A DNA stretch of 64,000 nucleotides from Callorhinchus milii. Lineage: Eukaryota. How positions within the stretch are numbered: position 1 is the first letter of the stretch; each line of letters opens with the position of its first letter. The stretch is from assembly GCF_018977255.1 (NCBI RefSeq), contig NW_024704743.1, positions 8,248,001-8,312,000 of the forward strand, in the 5' to 3' direction. Below are positions 11,839 to 25,779 of this stretch, piece after piece. A program made the translations under genes and the position numbers. The notes beneath the pieces were generated by a model, which was given only the letters and a program-made list of their open reading frames with translations, was not told where the DNA came from and searched no databases.

Positions 11839-11922
11839 TGTTAATGATGGCTGTGGAGATTTTGGCGATAAGGGTGGCTCATTGTTGTTGTCATGGACAG
11901 GTTTGGGGCTAGTTGAAGACTC
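11839..11922 (-). CDS. ARHGAP12: ARHGAP12 exon, 84 nt, phase 0-0: ESSTSPKPVHDNNNEPPLSPKSPQPSLT
   Basis: Acceptor tttttag, donor ACA|gttagt. Resembles the linker exon ES.T..KP...SPK that precedes the PH domain. Confidence 0.8.
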
Positions 11923-13196
11923 CTAAAAAAATCAAAACAAGGTGACCGTACATCTTACTTACATTATCTTTAACTTGCTAAAACAAAATCACCTCACACA
12001 AATTCATCGTATAACTTGAAACATCCACTTAAACTAAGAATAAAGTTCAAGGTTACACAGGTTGAATGTGCACACAATTGCAATTATTCCTGTGAAACTA
12101 TCAGTTAGTTCAGGATGGTTCTAAAGTTAGTCAAAGGTAGGTAAGTTTTTTGAGAGATAACAGTTTTGATTGCCAACCTCCTAAAAAGCATTGAGCAAAA
12201 TATTTCCATCCTGTACCAATGACACTGCAATAAACATTTATATTAAATATTCCGGCTCAGTTGCACCTTCTTTCCTCCCTTGTTCCAAAACAAAGATGCA
12301 GCATTGTAATATTCCAATATAATTTAGACTTTATTACATTTAAACAGCTAATGCTTTTTACAGCCTGAATACTTACAAGCAGTAAAAATGAAAAATATGA
12401 AATTTGATAGAATCCACAAACCATACTAATTTTCATTTGCCGGGGAACACAATGTTTCACTTAAATTGAATTTACTCCAAGCTAATTAGAAAAAAAATTA
12501 TATTGTTACATACAATCACTAACACAATTCCAATTATCATGCATAGATATAGCATATACACAGTGCAATTGTCAGGCAACAGTAGACTGATTCAGAACCC
12601 ACTGTATTTACTCCCAAATGCTATCTCACTTGAACATAATAGGTCTAGGGGAAAGGAGGACGGACAATATGTTCACTCTTATGACAAATGTTTGCAAATA
12701 AAATGAATGTTCTCAATGACGAACTATTCAACCTCAGACAGGAGTCACAGTTCTAAAAATCATTTTGATGTTCAACTCACTACGACTGTTAAACAGATAA
12801 CATTTTTGGTTCTAAAACAGTGACAAAAATAGCCAATTGATTCATGTCGGATGCTGCGCAATAAGTTATCAACCTATCAAGAAACTCAAACTGGAATACT
12901 CATCATAGCCATTGGATTCCATCCACAATAATAAATACAGTATACTATCCTGTTTGCAACTAAATTTCAATTATGCCAAACAATGAATCAAGCAAGAATG
13001 TTCAGAATGTTAAAAAGCTCATGTGTAATATAATGCTATTTATTAGTAAAAGGTGTTTAATCTTGTTAAAACCAAATCTAATGAAAAAGTTTAAGACAAA
13101 TCCATTTTTTTTCAAAAATATAAGAGGGATGTACTTTAGAAAGAAAAACACTAGATTGCTATTTCAGTAAAGTTTATATTAAACTAAGATACTAAC

Positions 13197-13280
13197 TTGA
13201 TCAGGATGCTGTGAATACAAATATGATGGCGGAGCACAGAGATGTTCAGAGGAATTGCGCTTGTGCTTTTTTGTAGTGAA
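13197..13280 (-). CDS. ARHGAP12: Probable additional/alternative ARHGAP12 exon, 84 nt, phase 0-0: FTTKKHKRNSSEHLCAPPSYLYSQHPDQ
   Basis: Acceptor cttttccag, donor CAA|gttagt. Open, frame-preserving and in non-repeat sequence; I do not recognise it from the human protein. Confidence 0.6.
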
Positions 13281-13539
13281 CTGGAAAAGCCAAACATGTT
13301 TCTTAATGGTCATTCATACAACTTTAATCTACAATGAAACTATATTAACGAAAAAAATTCAACAAAAAAAAGAACTGGGATCATTCTGAAATAAAGATAT
13401 CATAGGATTGATAGATACTCCAGTAAATACTGCATTGACCGACTCCCCATTTACATTAGCTTATTGAAGTACGACAGATTACATTATTTTTAACTGATAA
13501 AGAATTTTGGCCACTGTATACTGTTGACTCCTCCATCCT

Positions 13540-14120
13540 TCACCATCTCTTTACCCTGCTCCACTTCTTGACCATCTTTTCTTGGTTTTACTCTTACCTA
13601 TCCCAGCACCTTCACTTTGTCTCCTCCAATGGCTTCTCCCCCTGGCATAGTCATATTCTTCAGGGCTCTATCCTGGCTCCTCTCCACTTCACCATCTATA
13701 TGGTGCCCATTGGTGATATCATCCATAGTTATGGGGTCTACTTCCGCATGCATGTGAATGACACCCAGCACTATTTCTCTGCTTCTACCCTCGATTCCAG
13801 GACTACTGTTGTTCTGATAATTTGCTTGTCAGACATCAAATTCTGGATGAGCTCTAACATTCTTCAGCTAAATGTCAACAACATCAAGGATCTCCAGGTT
13901 GACAGTCCGAGTCAATGCAATCTCATCTCAGGCACTGAACTCATCAATCTGTACAGATGGTCACTCCACCTCACAGCTTGAGGGGAAACATGGTATCTTG
14001 TTCAACTCTGATCTACTCAATACCTACATCTGAGCTCCCTTGCTTTGTTTTCATTCACATCTGCAACAACACCTGCCTCCACTACTACCTCATCCATGCC
14101 TTCATCACCTTCAGCCTTGA
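13540..14120 (+). mobile_element. Old L2 reverse-transcriptase fragment
   Basis: WFYSYLS...QGSILAPLHFTIYM..DDTQ-like..CLSDIKFWMSSNILQLN peptide. Confidence 0.8.
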
Positions 14121-14962
14121 AGATATGTAAAACCCTTGTAAACACACATATCTGACTAAAATATAAATCGTCAAATCAGGTGCTTCAGAAACACTGGACA
14201 ATCACGAGGATAATTTAAATCTATAGATGATTATTCCAGCAAATTTGATTACAATGACAATCAGAAGGACATGATTAACACTGAACCATTGCAACCAACC
14301 TAAAATTTTAATTAATTGTTACTTTCCACCACCATATACTAACTTTCATCAGTAAATTAGTATTAAAACTGTGAATATTTTATTTTGAGAATATAACACA
14401 ACAACAATTTGCATTTATATAGCGCCCTTAACAAGGGGCAGCGTATCGGGGCACTTGAGCTATAAAGAAGTGGTCATTGAAATTGCTCATTTTCCTCCTG
14501 TTCTTGTGTTTATAAGTTTAGTGGGCTGAACAGCTTGCCCCTGTTCTTCCTAGGTTGTCTAGGAAGAATTGGAATATGAAGTGCTGGAAAAGGAAGAATG
14601 TTACACAAATTAATAAAAAGAGGCTGTGGAACTCCAGGCCAGCGAGTCTCAAAGTGGGAAACATTGAAGTGGATCTTAATGGATCCTGAAGGAGGTAATA
14701 ATCCAACATCTGGAGAAATACAGCATTGTAAGAACAGTGTGGCTTTTTGGGTGGGAGATCAAATTTATTTGGAGTTGTTTTATCAGAACTTGTGGAAACG
14801 AGGAATTTGTTTCTCGTTTCCACAAGTTGAAATTGTAGAATCAGATTTTAGTAAATCTTTTCACAGTGTTATCCAGGAAATCAGTCTACAAGGATGTGGA
14901 AAGTAATGATGGAGGAGGGGAACTGAAAGAAAGCTCATAGTGGATTGGAAATTGGGTGAATA

Positions 14963-15192
14963 ACAACAACAACAACAACAAGATTCCATTTATAAAGTGC
15001 CTTTCACGTCAGGAGGACGTCCCAAGGCGCTGCACAGTTGGGTCATGACCCGAGCAGGGGGGAAATGGTCAGGGTGAGGGGAGGGAAGGGAGGGAGCGAG
15101 GAGGGGGGAAATGGTCAGGGTGAGGGGAGGGAAGGGAGGGAGCGAGGAGTGGGAAGAGAGTCGAGAGGGGAGCTGAAGGCACGGTCAAAGAG
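14963..15192 (-). mobile_element. Young L2 3' end with an internal ~46-bp tandem duplication
   Basis: (CAA)n tail and gtcccaaggcgctg; ggggggaaatggtcagggtgaggggagggaagggagggagcgaggag occurs twice. Confidence 0.8.
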
Positions 15193-16082
15193 AACTACAT
15201 GTGCTTAGAACTACATCAGCCTTTAACTAGCAGGATGAGTCAGAGATGTGTTCTGCAGCCACAACTCTGGGTGGTACATAAATGATTTGGAAGTGGCAAG
15301 AAAAACGGCTTTCATGCGTCATGTGCCCAGCTCCTTGGGGCGTCCTCCCGACATGAAAGGCGCCATACAAATTTAATTTTGTTGTAACTGTTTAACAGGG
15401 ACACATGTTGAGTTGAGATTGAAGTAGGCAACAGTGTGACTATAAGCTAACAGGTAATAGTCTACAGGACAACACAAGAGGGGGATTTGGGAATACTGTG
15501 GATAGATTGTCAAAACTATTAGCACACCTTGCTGGTGCAGTGAATTGAGCATTCATAAATTTGGGGTATACAAATAAAGAGATACAGCCCAACTCTCAGA
15601 AAGTGATACTGAATTTGTACAGAACATTGGTCTTGTCCCACTTGGAGTACTGTGTATGGATTTTTTTTTGCCGAATAGTTATCTAATTCCATCTTGAATT
15701 GGGTATACAGAATACCGATTTGGGAGAAACCAAATGAACCACAATGATCTTTTCCAGTATAATATATATATGAATAACATACTCCTATTCTTTCCTGGTT
15801 TGAATGACCTACATCTGTTCCCAATTGAAAAATGTAATAATATTTTATAATTTGGAGAAGAGTAAAGATTTATTTTAGAACAATCAATGTTTATTAGGAA
15901 GTTAAAAANGTGAAATTATATACAAATATGAACAAAAACAGAACACAGTCACACAGTTATCAAATGAACTTAAGAGTAGACCTGAATTTGATGGCTGTTT
16001 ATTACATTGCTATTCCTGGCAGTTAATTCAAATTGTTTTAAAATTTTGATTGCATGAATTTATTGTCCTTTGTTAAATTACT

Positions 16083-17036
16083 CAAATGCCTGGCCAGAAC
16101 TGGTGAGATGTGGGTATGGAGTTTGGTCCAGGTCAGTATGTGGGCGGCAGAGTTCTGAGTGAGCTGCATCTTTTGAATAATAATAATAATAATAATAATC
16201 CTTGCATTTGATATAGCGCTTTTCACGTCAGGAGGACGTCCCAAAGCGCTTCACAGAACACACTGTAAAGTGAATTGACTGTATATTTTGTGGGCGAACG
16301 CGGCAGCCAATTGCGCACAGCAATGTCCCACAAACAGTCGTAGATTGAAAATGACCAATTTAATTATTGTTTTGGGTTTTTTGGAGGGATTATTATTAGG
16401 CGTGTGGAGTAAGGAAACTTGCCCAAGGTTTCGCCCTGCCTGGAATTGAACTCAGGTCTCTCACTTGCAAAGCGAGTGCTCTAACCACTGTGTGAATAGT
16501 GGAGCTGGAGAGACCGGCGAGGAATGTGCTTGAGTAATCCAGGCAGGAGGTGACAAACACATGCACGAGGGTTTCGGCTGCATTTGGGGTAAGGTATGGT
16601 TGGATGCGAGCAATGTGGCGTAGGTGGAAGAAGGCGGTCCTAGTCAGGGACCGGATGTGGGAGAAGAAGGACAACTGGGGATCGAATTGGTCGCCTAGAT
16701 TGCTCACTGGTTCGGTGAGTGTGAGGGAGAGCCCAGGGAGGTTGAGGAGTTTAGATCCGCAGGAGTGAAGACGTTGATGGGAGCCAAGGAGTATGGCTTC
16801 TGTCCTGTTCACATTCACCTGCAGGAAGTTTGCACTCATCCAGGCCTGATGTCTACCAGACAAGCTGATAGAACATAGGCAGACCTGGAGATGGTACTGG
16901 AGGCAAAGTAGATTTGTGTGTCATCCGCATACATGTGGAAGTTTACCCCGTGTCTGTGGATGACAACACCCAGAGGGAGTATATAAATAAGGAAGAGGAC
17001 CAAGGATGGAGCCCTGGAGGTACCCCGCAGGTGACC
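16083..17036 (-). mobile_element. L2 RT-region fragment interrupted by a SINE
   Basis: QGSILGP, FHMYADDTQIY, WMSANFLQVN and TAFFHLRHIARIQPYL peptides; continues past the SINE as KMQLTQNSAAHILT. Confidence 0.88.
16177..16490 (-). mobile_element. Young tRNA/Deu SINE inserted in L2
   Basis: Family consensus match, slightly 5'-truncated; tgaata is repeated at both flanks (16174-16179, 16493-16498). Confidence 0.9.
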
Positions 17037-18794
17037 AAGACATGATAAGATCAAATGCAAGGTTTATTATTATTAGTTTGCCTGGGATAAAAGGCTTCCA
17101 TTCAACAGTGATATGAACATTCATCATAATAAACACACCACAGTGAACATATGGGGTAAGTGATCAGTACAGTTCAATCATCCCATCCTCGCCCCTTCAA
17201 ACAAAAGACAAACCCCAACACAAATCAGTAAATCCAGGTACATTCCTTCACAAGAGGTGTGAGAATTTGAGGGGCATCTATGCAGAATCAATTGAGGTGT
17301 TTAAATGTAAAATAGGTATTAAAGGTAAGGCAGCAGGCAAGACAGACATATACATTGCAAATGAGCGCAATGGAGAAAAAGCAATGAAAGTAGATGAGAT
17401 AAAAAGCTCATAAAATGGAGCAAGATCAACAGCTACTCTTGTTCCATTGATCCAAGTATTCCGATTACCCCAATCTTCACCAGGTTCCACTGGCTCCATC
17501 TCCCTAAGAATTCACTGACCCTCGCGTATAAAGCCCTTCACCCCCTAACCTTCCCCCCATCTCTGTGACCGTCTCCAACTCCACTCTACTACTTGCTCCC
17601 TCCACTCAGCTAATACCAGCCTGAACCACCATTGGTGATCAAGCCTTCAGCTACAACATCCCAAATCTCTGGAACTCCCTCGTTCTACCCCTCCAACTCA
17701 CCTTCTCTTTAAATCCCGTCTGAAAACGTTAAGTCTTAGACTGACTTACCCTTTGCCTTGTCCCTCCTCCCTTAATAAGCACTCAGAGATATTATCCTAC
17801 TGGAAGGGTACTATATACACGCAAGTTGTCGTTTAAACAATTCACTCAATTGCTGTGTAAAAAAACCCTATTATAATATCTACCTAATCCATTTTATTTT
17901 AGGGTAGGGTTTTGTGAGGTTTTTTATTTTTAAAACTCTGATTAGGTCATTCCAAAACCTCACACTAATTCCTAGTCAAAATAGCAAATAGGCAACTGCA
18001 TCTCAGGCTTCTATAATGTCAGGGAAGACCAGGAGGACCTGGATGCTTGCCAGACAGAACTCACAATGGCAAGCTGTGTGCTTTTAGCTGGTTAAGCTCC
18101 AGCAGTACCACCAACACATCCTCTGGTTCTCACCAACTTGTATCCAATACTTTCCAGATTTAGGTCAACCGATGCGTCTCTCCAGAGAGAAGTCTGTCCA
18201 TTTCCGGCACAGGAAGTTTCCATGGGTAGTTGGCATGTTTATGTGGGAATTCTCAGTCTGGTTTGTATTTTCATAAGCATAGTGATGGGTTTTTGCTATG
18301 TGCAACTTCAAGCATGACCAAGATTATTCAGCTAGCTACCAATTAAACTAACACATCAATTCATCTTCAACTGCAAGCTACAATTTCTTTTTCTAAATTA
18401 TTTTGCTGTGCTGCAGCAAAATACAAATTCAAAGACAGCTATTAAGGAATCATTTACACTTTAAACATGTATTGAAGTACAGTATATTCCAAAAAATATG
18501 TTGCATTTTGAATTAACCAATTTGGCTAACCAATAATAGCCAACAACCTCCCTGATAAAATTGGGGACTCATTTCATGGTTGTTTGTGTGACATTGCTGT
18601 ACACAAATTGGCTTTTTACAAATAAGACAGTCACTACACTTCACAGTAAAATCCTGTGAAACACTTGGGCGTTGATGACCTGATAATGCTCTCGAGTTAG
18701 GATGTAGATTATTATGGTGATAATAAAATAGTAATCTCTGTACTAACCATAGTGAATTATTTAGCAGGGTAAGCATCAATATGAGATTTCTTAC

Positions 18795-18926
18795 CTTTTC
18801 AAGGTCCAAAGGTCCCCCTGTATATGTACTATGTCGCCAATTTGTCAGCACTAATGGCTCAGCTGGTTTTCGGTCCAAACTTCTGCTTTTACCAATAATC
18901 TCTTGCTGTTTTGCTGAGATGTTATA
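18795..18926 (-). CDS. ARHGAP12: ARHGAP12 exon, 132 nt, phase 0-0: YNISAKQQEIIGKSRSLDRKPAEPLVLTNWRHSTYTGGPLDLEK
   Basis: Acceptor tttttag, donor AAG|gtaaga. KSRSLDR and VLT.WRHST motifs are present. Confidence 0.92.
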
Positions 18927-19136
18927 CTAAAAAAAACATACAAGGTAAAATAATATTCAATATTTACTGAGCTACCTGTTTAATGTCTACAATGATAGTC
19001 TGCAGACTATAGTAACCCACTGTCCACTGGACTCTGGGTGTCAAATATTCGGACTTAGTGGGACTGCACCTGAAAGCGATAATTCTGAAAAAAAAGTTTC
19101 ACAGACACATGCAGACTCCCACTGCCAGGGACTCTG

Positions 19137-20382
19137 CTTGCTCACTAACCCCTCACCATCCCCCCACCCTCTAGCTCACTAACCCCTCACCATCCCTCCA
19201 CCCTCTAGCTCACTAACCCCTCACCATCCCTCCACCCTCTAGCTCACTAACCCCTCACCATCCCTCCACCCTCTAGCTCACTAACCCCTCACCATCCCTC
19301 CACCCTCTAGCTCACTAACCCCTCACCATCCCACCACCCTCTAGCTCACTAACCCCTCACCATCCCTCCACCCTCTAGCTCACTAACCCCTCACCATCCC
19401 ACCACCCTCTAGCTCACTAACCCCTCACCATCCCTCCACCCTCTAGCTCACTAACCCCTCACCATCCCACCACCCTCTAGCTCACTAACCCCTCACCATC
19501 CCACCACCCTCTACCTCACTAACCCCTCACCATCCCTCCACCCTCTAGCTCACTAACCCCTCACCATCCCTCCACCCTCTAGCTCACTAACCCCTCACCA
19601 TCCCTCCACCCTCTAGCTCACTAACCCCTCACCATCCCTCCACCCTCTAGCTCACTAACCCCTCACCATCCCACCACCCTCTAGCTCACTAACCCCTCAC
19701 CATCCCTCCACCCTCTAGCTCACTAACCCCACCATCCCTCCACCCTCTAGCTCACTAACCCCTCACCATCCCACCACCCTCTAGCTCACTAACCCCACCA
19801 TCCCTCCACCCTCTAGCTCACTAACCCCTCACCATCCCACCACCCTCTAGCTCACTAACCCCTCACCATCCCACCACCCTCTAGCTCACTAACCCCTCAC
19901 CATCCCACCACCCTCTAGCTCACTAACCCCTCACCATCCCACCACCCTCTAGCTCACTAACCCCTCACCATCCCCCCACCCTCTAGCTCACTAACCCCTC
20001 ACTATCCCTCCACCCTCTAGCTCACTAACCCCTCGCCATCCCCCCACCCTCTAGCTCACTAACCCCTCACCATCTCCCCACCCTCTAGCTCACTAACCCC
20101 TCACCATCCCTCCACCCTCTAGCTCACTAACCCCTCACCATCCCACCACCCTCTAGCTCACTAACCCCTCGCCATCCCCCCACCCTCTAGCTCACTAACC
20201 CCTCGCCATCCCCCACCCTCTAGCTCACTAACCCCTCACCATCTCCCCACCCTCTAGCTCACTAACCCCTCACCATCCCTCCACCCTCTAGCTCACTAAC
20301 CCCTCGCCATCCCTCCACTCTCTTGATCACTATCCCCTCATCATCCTCCCACTCTGCTAGCTCACTTCCCCCTCACCATCCT
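19137..20382. repeat. 34-bp minisatellite, ~36 copies (ctagctcactaacccctcaccatccctccaccct)
   Basis: Direct tandem array with a few variant units (cccacca, cccccca, ctcgcc and 2-bp-deleted units). Confidence 0.97.
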
Positions 20383-23300
20383 CGCTGATTTTCAGTGGCC
20401 AGGGATATCAATTTTGATTTTGTTTGAATCCCTTGAGCAGAAGATAGCTTATTCAGTAACTTCCTACTCACAGGAATCGAACAATTATAATTCCGGCACC
20501 GGCATTTAGCAGCATTATTGGGCTTTGAAAAAAGCCGATAAATGCCAGTACTGACATTGTAATTACACGTAGCCAGAAATTCCAGCTCACCAGATGGGAT
20601 CTCCGGAATCTAGGTAAGCGAGATGCGTCCCTCCAGGGAGAGAATGCGTATTCCATTCCAACAATCTATCCCTGGGATTTCCATGTGTAATTGAGAAGCC
20701 TTGGAATTCTCAGTTTGATTCCTCAAAGAACTCTAGAATTAAATGTTATCTATGCTGCTGTCATTACAACACATGCCTCTCTAATTTAATAATTTTATCT
20801 TGTATTATGGTTTCTGAAGTTTACCCATTGTGAATGGTAGATTAACTGGTTCACAGTTACTCAGATTATCCTTCTTGAACAGAAGCATTCCCAGGCCCTT
20901 AGAAGCGTTCAACCCTCCAGCTCTCTTGTTCTTCATATCCCCTCTTTGCCTTTCTAATTCCCTGGGGTCTATCCATCTTCACTCCATTCCATCAAAATAG
21001 ATTATAACCACCTCTTAGTTTACCTATATATATTTATATATATAAAAAATATATTATATCATATATGGATAAAATTTCAAATACTAGAGCATTTAGAATA
21101 ATATGGGTAAAACACACAAATAACTATAAAATAATGATTCTATTTGTATAGAATCCATGTTGCAAAAAAGATTTTTTACTGATATAAGTAAAACTCCACC
21201 TAGGTCTGAAATGTTGGGCAAGTTTCATGCCTTTATTTACCTAGCAGTAAATGAGAACCCAGTTGTTAGTCGATTGGCGGATTGCTTTTCCAGGGATAAT
21301 AATTCCTTAAAAAAATAAAAATAATAAAATAAACTGGTCACTCAATCCACGACTATTTGTGTGCACAATTTATTCCAGGCAGGGCCTTCAAAAAATCCCA
21401 CTTAGTGTCTCAATGTAATTCATCAGATTACTTCCACGACTCTCTCTTTTGGGAAGCGTAAAAATTTAATTGAGGCTATGTATACCCTTGGAACGTCCTC
21501 CTCACACGAAAGGTGCAATATAAACGCAATATGTTGTTATTACAAACATGGTAAATTGAGAGGATTTTGCAACCTTTCATGTTTCATGTTTCTCCCACAA
21601 AATATACAGTCAATTCACTTTACAGTATATTCTGTGAAGCGCTTTGAGAAGTCTCAAAGATGTGATCAGGCGCTACATAAAATGCAAGGATTATTATTAT
21701 TATTATAAATTCAGCATGGAGACGAGTTAATTTTATTTATAAATAGCAGTGACCTCTTGTATCTGTAGTTCCTGGTGTTGTAATTGGAAGGAACTAGCCC
21801 AGTAGAGCAGAAATAGGTACCATCTGCAAACCCAACACATGGGGCAGAATTTGTTTTAAATGTTATGAAACAATCACAACTTGTCACATTTTAGTGTACA
21901 TGCCTTCAGAATAGTTAAAAACTCATTTCACATGCAGTTCCATCATGGTTTGCATTGCTGCACTGGAATTCCAAAGAGCCTGTTGGAGGTAAACAGATGT
22001 GCACAAAGGAGCACAAATCCTGAACTACTGTATGGTTAAAGAAAATATTTTTATTTTACAGTATTAATAATAATAATATAATAATAATCCTTGCATTTGA
22101 TATAGTGCTTTTCACGTCTTTGGCGTCTCAAAGCAAATTTAATAGCACATTACCAATGCTCAGCATGGAATATACAGATCACACAAAGTAAATCATCTTT
22201 TAAGAAAAAGTTTTGGCAAGACTTGATTCCGTCTCTTTCACAATGCATGTAGAAGGTGCAGAACAAGTTATATGAACAATATTTGCAATTGGAAATATGT
22301 CTCAAATACATGTGAAATTCTAAGCTTAAAAATAGATATTTGATTTTAAAAAATCATACTCATGGGGAAAGTAAAGGAACTGCAATAGTGAAAGTCCTTT
22401 TTGCTAGAGAAGTGTTTCTATTAAATCAATCGATAGAATTTTTTTCCCTGTTAATAGTGAAAAGAAAATGTAGAATTCACTTTGTGCCACTGGATGGCAC
22501 TAGTACACAAGTGGTATAACCACTTATGGAAAAATAGTCTGTCTGAAATTACAGTCCTTTGCATTTTATCAGGGTTCAGGATAACTAGTCGTACAGAGGA
22601 AACACCTATTTTTAAGCACAAGTACCTGTGGTGCAGGCTTGGGTATGATTTGTCGATCTTGGTCATACAGTTAGAGATTAGAGGATGGAATTAGATGTTG
22701 TTTTATAGATGACACTACAACCGACCTCCGCTGAGCCATCAATTTTACTTATTTATTTGGAGATAGCTAGCACCAAAACATTGCGCAAAATATTGCATTT
22801 AGTTTCTAACATTTTTCTGTGTATGTAAATAAAATAACTTCTATTATGATTCTTGATCTTACCATCAATTCTGAACTTAAAAAGAATGCTCAGTCTCCCA
22901 GTGCTGGAGTTAAATACTTATTTTGGTCATTTGGGTGTTGACACATGCAGAAATCCATCACAATGCTTAAAAGTATCCGAACCATACAGCGTTCCCACAT
23001 TTACATGTCACCTATTCTTTGGAATTTCTCTGCGACTGTAACGCAACACAAACTCCCTCCCTGGAAGGACACACATATCTTACCTAATTCAACAAAATAT
23101 TCAGCACAGGAAGGCAAGAGCCAAGGCTTGGAGACTCTAGAAAGTGCTCGAGTTTAACCAATAAGAACAGCATAATATACTATACTGAGTGCTCTCTGAC
23201 AGGCTTCCCCACGGCATGTCCAGCTAGGACCACTTTATATCAGTTAAGGTGTTAGCTTGCAGGGTTAACAGGAGTCAAGTGAGAAGTATTGTTGCTTCTC

Positions 23301-24951
23301 TAATCCCTGCCATCAAGCCAGGCTGGCTGGTCTATAATCAGCAGAACCCTGCAGATCATCTGGCTCTGAAGGCACCAGAAGGTTGATTCGCTCAGCTATT
23401 TGATAAACACCTTCAGTATGGTGCTAAAACATATTCAGGACAGTTTGTAATGCGCCAGCCACATTGACGTTTTAGAGGGTCAAGCCCAGGCTTGCTTAAC
23501 AACAACTAGGAACACGAGGAAATGGTTCCAAAAAGATGATAAAATTGTGACCTACCCCAAACATATTAAAAGTGTGTAACAGCCAGATAGGATCTGGATT
23601 TAACATCTATCCAAGGACATCACTTTGATAATGCAGCTCTCCCAGTATTGCACTGGATGTCAGCTGAGGTTATAAAATGTGGGGCTCAATGATGTTGACA
23701 TATTATCAGTTCAAATGTTTTCAAACATATTATCAGGGCTTAGTTTAATACCTACAAGACCTTGAATAAGATTATCTCTGCATCTCCCATTTAGAATGAA
23801 CATTCACAACTTCCACTGCATGTTTCACAACTCAGGGATAATTCGAGCCACTGTGCCACCTCATATGCCAAACCATTGTTACTGTAATGTGTATGTAGTA
23901 CTGGAGGTAGAGGCAGACCAGTGCCTGACAAGTTCAGCATCAAGTTCAGCATCAGTTTTTTGTAACTTTTGCTTCATCTCTTTGGCTATGTAGGACTATA
24001 TTTGGGTCACTTTTTCGTGTTTTCAACACACGCTGTGTGGATCGTCTCAGTGATATATCTACAGGCATCCCTGTGTTTTGCCTGTAGACTAATAGCAATT
24101 AAGTTATAATCTCACGGTTATTCTTTCCCAATCTCATCATTTTGCATTTTTCCACATGGAATTACATTTCTGTCAACAAAACAACTCTATTTAGTCCATG
24201 TGTTTCTGTTTATTTACACCCTTTTCCCATATCATCAGCCAACTTCTAGCTCTAATTACAAATCATTTATGTACAGCATAAACACAGGCCCTGCCATGGA
24301 TGCACTTTAATATCTTCTGTATAACAGATGTACATAGACGAACAGCCTATAGTTTCCCCAGATTATATACATTTTAAATAGGCATTATGTCCCCGTCCTT
24401 AAGCACACTCAGTTTCTGATGAATCCCTAAATATGCCCACCAGAGATTGGCCAATTTTATCAGCTACTTCCATGAGCCTGTGTACTGCTGCAAAGGTGTC
24501 AACTGAAGAATACAATTACACATATTAAAAAAAATTACTAAATAAGTATCCACACGAAAAAGGATGGAGAAAAACCATCACACCAATTTAATTTGAATAT
24601 TTTGCATCATTATGATTTGTCTTAAGGAGAGGACTTTCCTCTTCGACTGTGCTTCCTGTCACCTCCTCCCTCCTCCAGGCTTGGCTGAGGCTCCGTCACT
24701 ATTAAACGCTCTGAGACGCTGTCCCGCTTGAAGGGGGCTATATAAATGTTGTTGACAAATACTGTAACTACTCTATTCTAAAAATATTGAAACCATGCGA
24801 TCCCTTTGGATCCTCATCATCATGTGATGTCATTACAAATCACAATAGAGAATACAATTCTAAAGTTACCCCTCAGCACTCAGTGCCATTCACCAACCAG
24901 ATTCAGCATTATAGCCTTAGTTGTTGCTAAACTGTGGCAAACAATGCTCAC

Positions 24952-25032
24952 CTGTGGCAATTCCCACTCAGATTTGGATCCATCTGTGCTATAGAAATAT
25001 CTTCGGCCTTGATCATCAGTATGTTTCATCCA
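24952..25032 (-). CDS. ARHGAP12: ARHGAP12 exon, 81 nt, phase 0-0: WMKHTDDQGRRYFYSTDGSKSEWELPQ (WW domain)
   Basis: Acceptor ttcacag, donor CAG|gtgagc. WW motif is present. Confidence 0.93.
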
Positions 25033-25779
25033 CTGTGAATAAAAACACTGCGTTACAGATTTGTTCGACTCTCAATATTTTGTTCGACCTTCAACTCTCC
25101 TTAAACTTTTAATCCAGACTCCGACAAGTCCTGTTTATTGATGTCTCCAGCTTTATCTTCCACATGCTCCAGATCATTCAGAAACCTACCTTGTCCCCCA
25201 CTAGGCACCTTAAGCCCATCATCCCCATCCTCACCCAGCTCAACTTCCTCCCGATCCCCCAGCCGATAGCCTATAAAATCCTCATTCTTGCCTTCAAAGG
25301 CCTCCAATGCCTTGCCCCACACTCCCTCTGTGATCTACTACCCCTACTACCCCTGTCACTCCCTCCATTTCGCCAACTCATCTGCTTCATGCCCCCATCT
25401 CATTGCCCCCCACCAAGTGGGCGCGTTTCACCAACTTTGTCTCCATCCTCAGGAATGTTTTTAAAATCCCCACTTTGCCTCCTCCTCCTTAGCTTTCAAA
25501 ACGTGTCTAAAGATCTATCACTTTGACTTTCCTTAAGCCACCTTCCCATCTTCCCATAGGTAGTTTGGGCAATATGTGAATACGACCGCCAGGAAGGTGG
25601 AAGGCGAATTAGATGGACTTTCGTCTTTTCTCGTCTAACACTTCTTATGTTCTTATCTCTCTCCTTGCTCAAGCATTTTGAGATGTTCTCCTTATGTGAA
25701 AAGCGCTAAACATTATAAGGGAAAATTGTTGTTCAATCCTGTAAACAGCACAGCCTTTAAATCTTCCATGTTACAATTA

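Noticed and set aside
15909..15909. Ambiguous base n
   Set aside because: Assembly or sequencing ambiguity, not biological.
18020..18300. Non-repeat, coding-looking stretch with a gtgagt donor as a further ARHGAP12 exon
   Set aside because: All three minus-strand frames hit stops, and I found no acceptor/donor pair compatible with the phase-0 intron.
19137..20382. CRISPR-like regular array
   Set aside because: Pure tandem units with no unique spacers, eukaryotic intron context and no cas genes.
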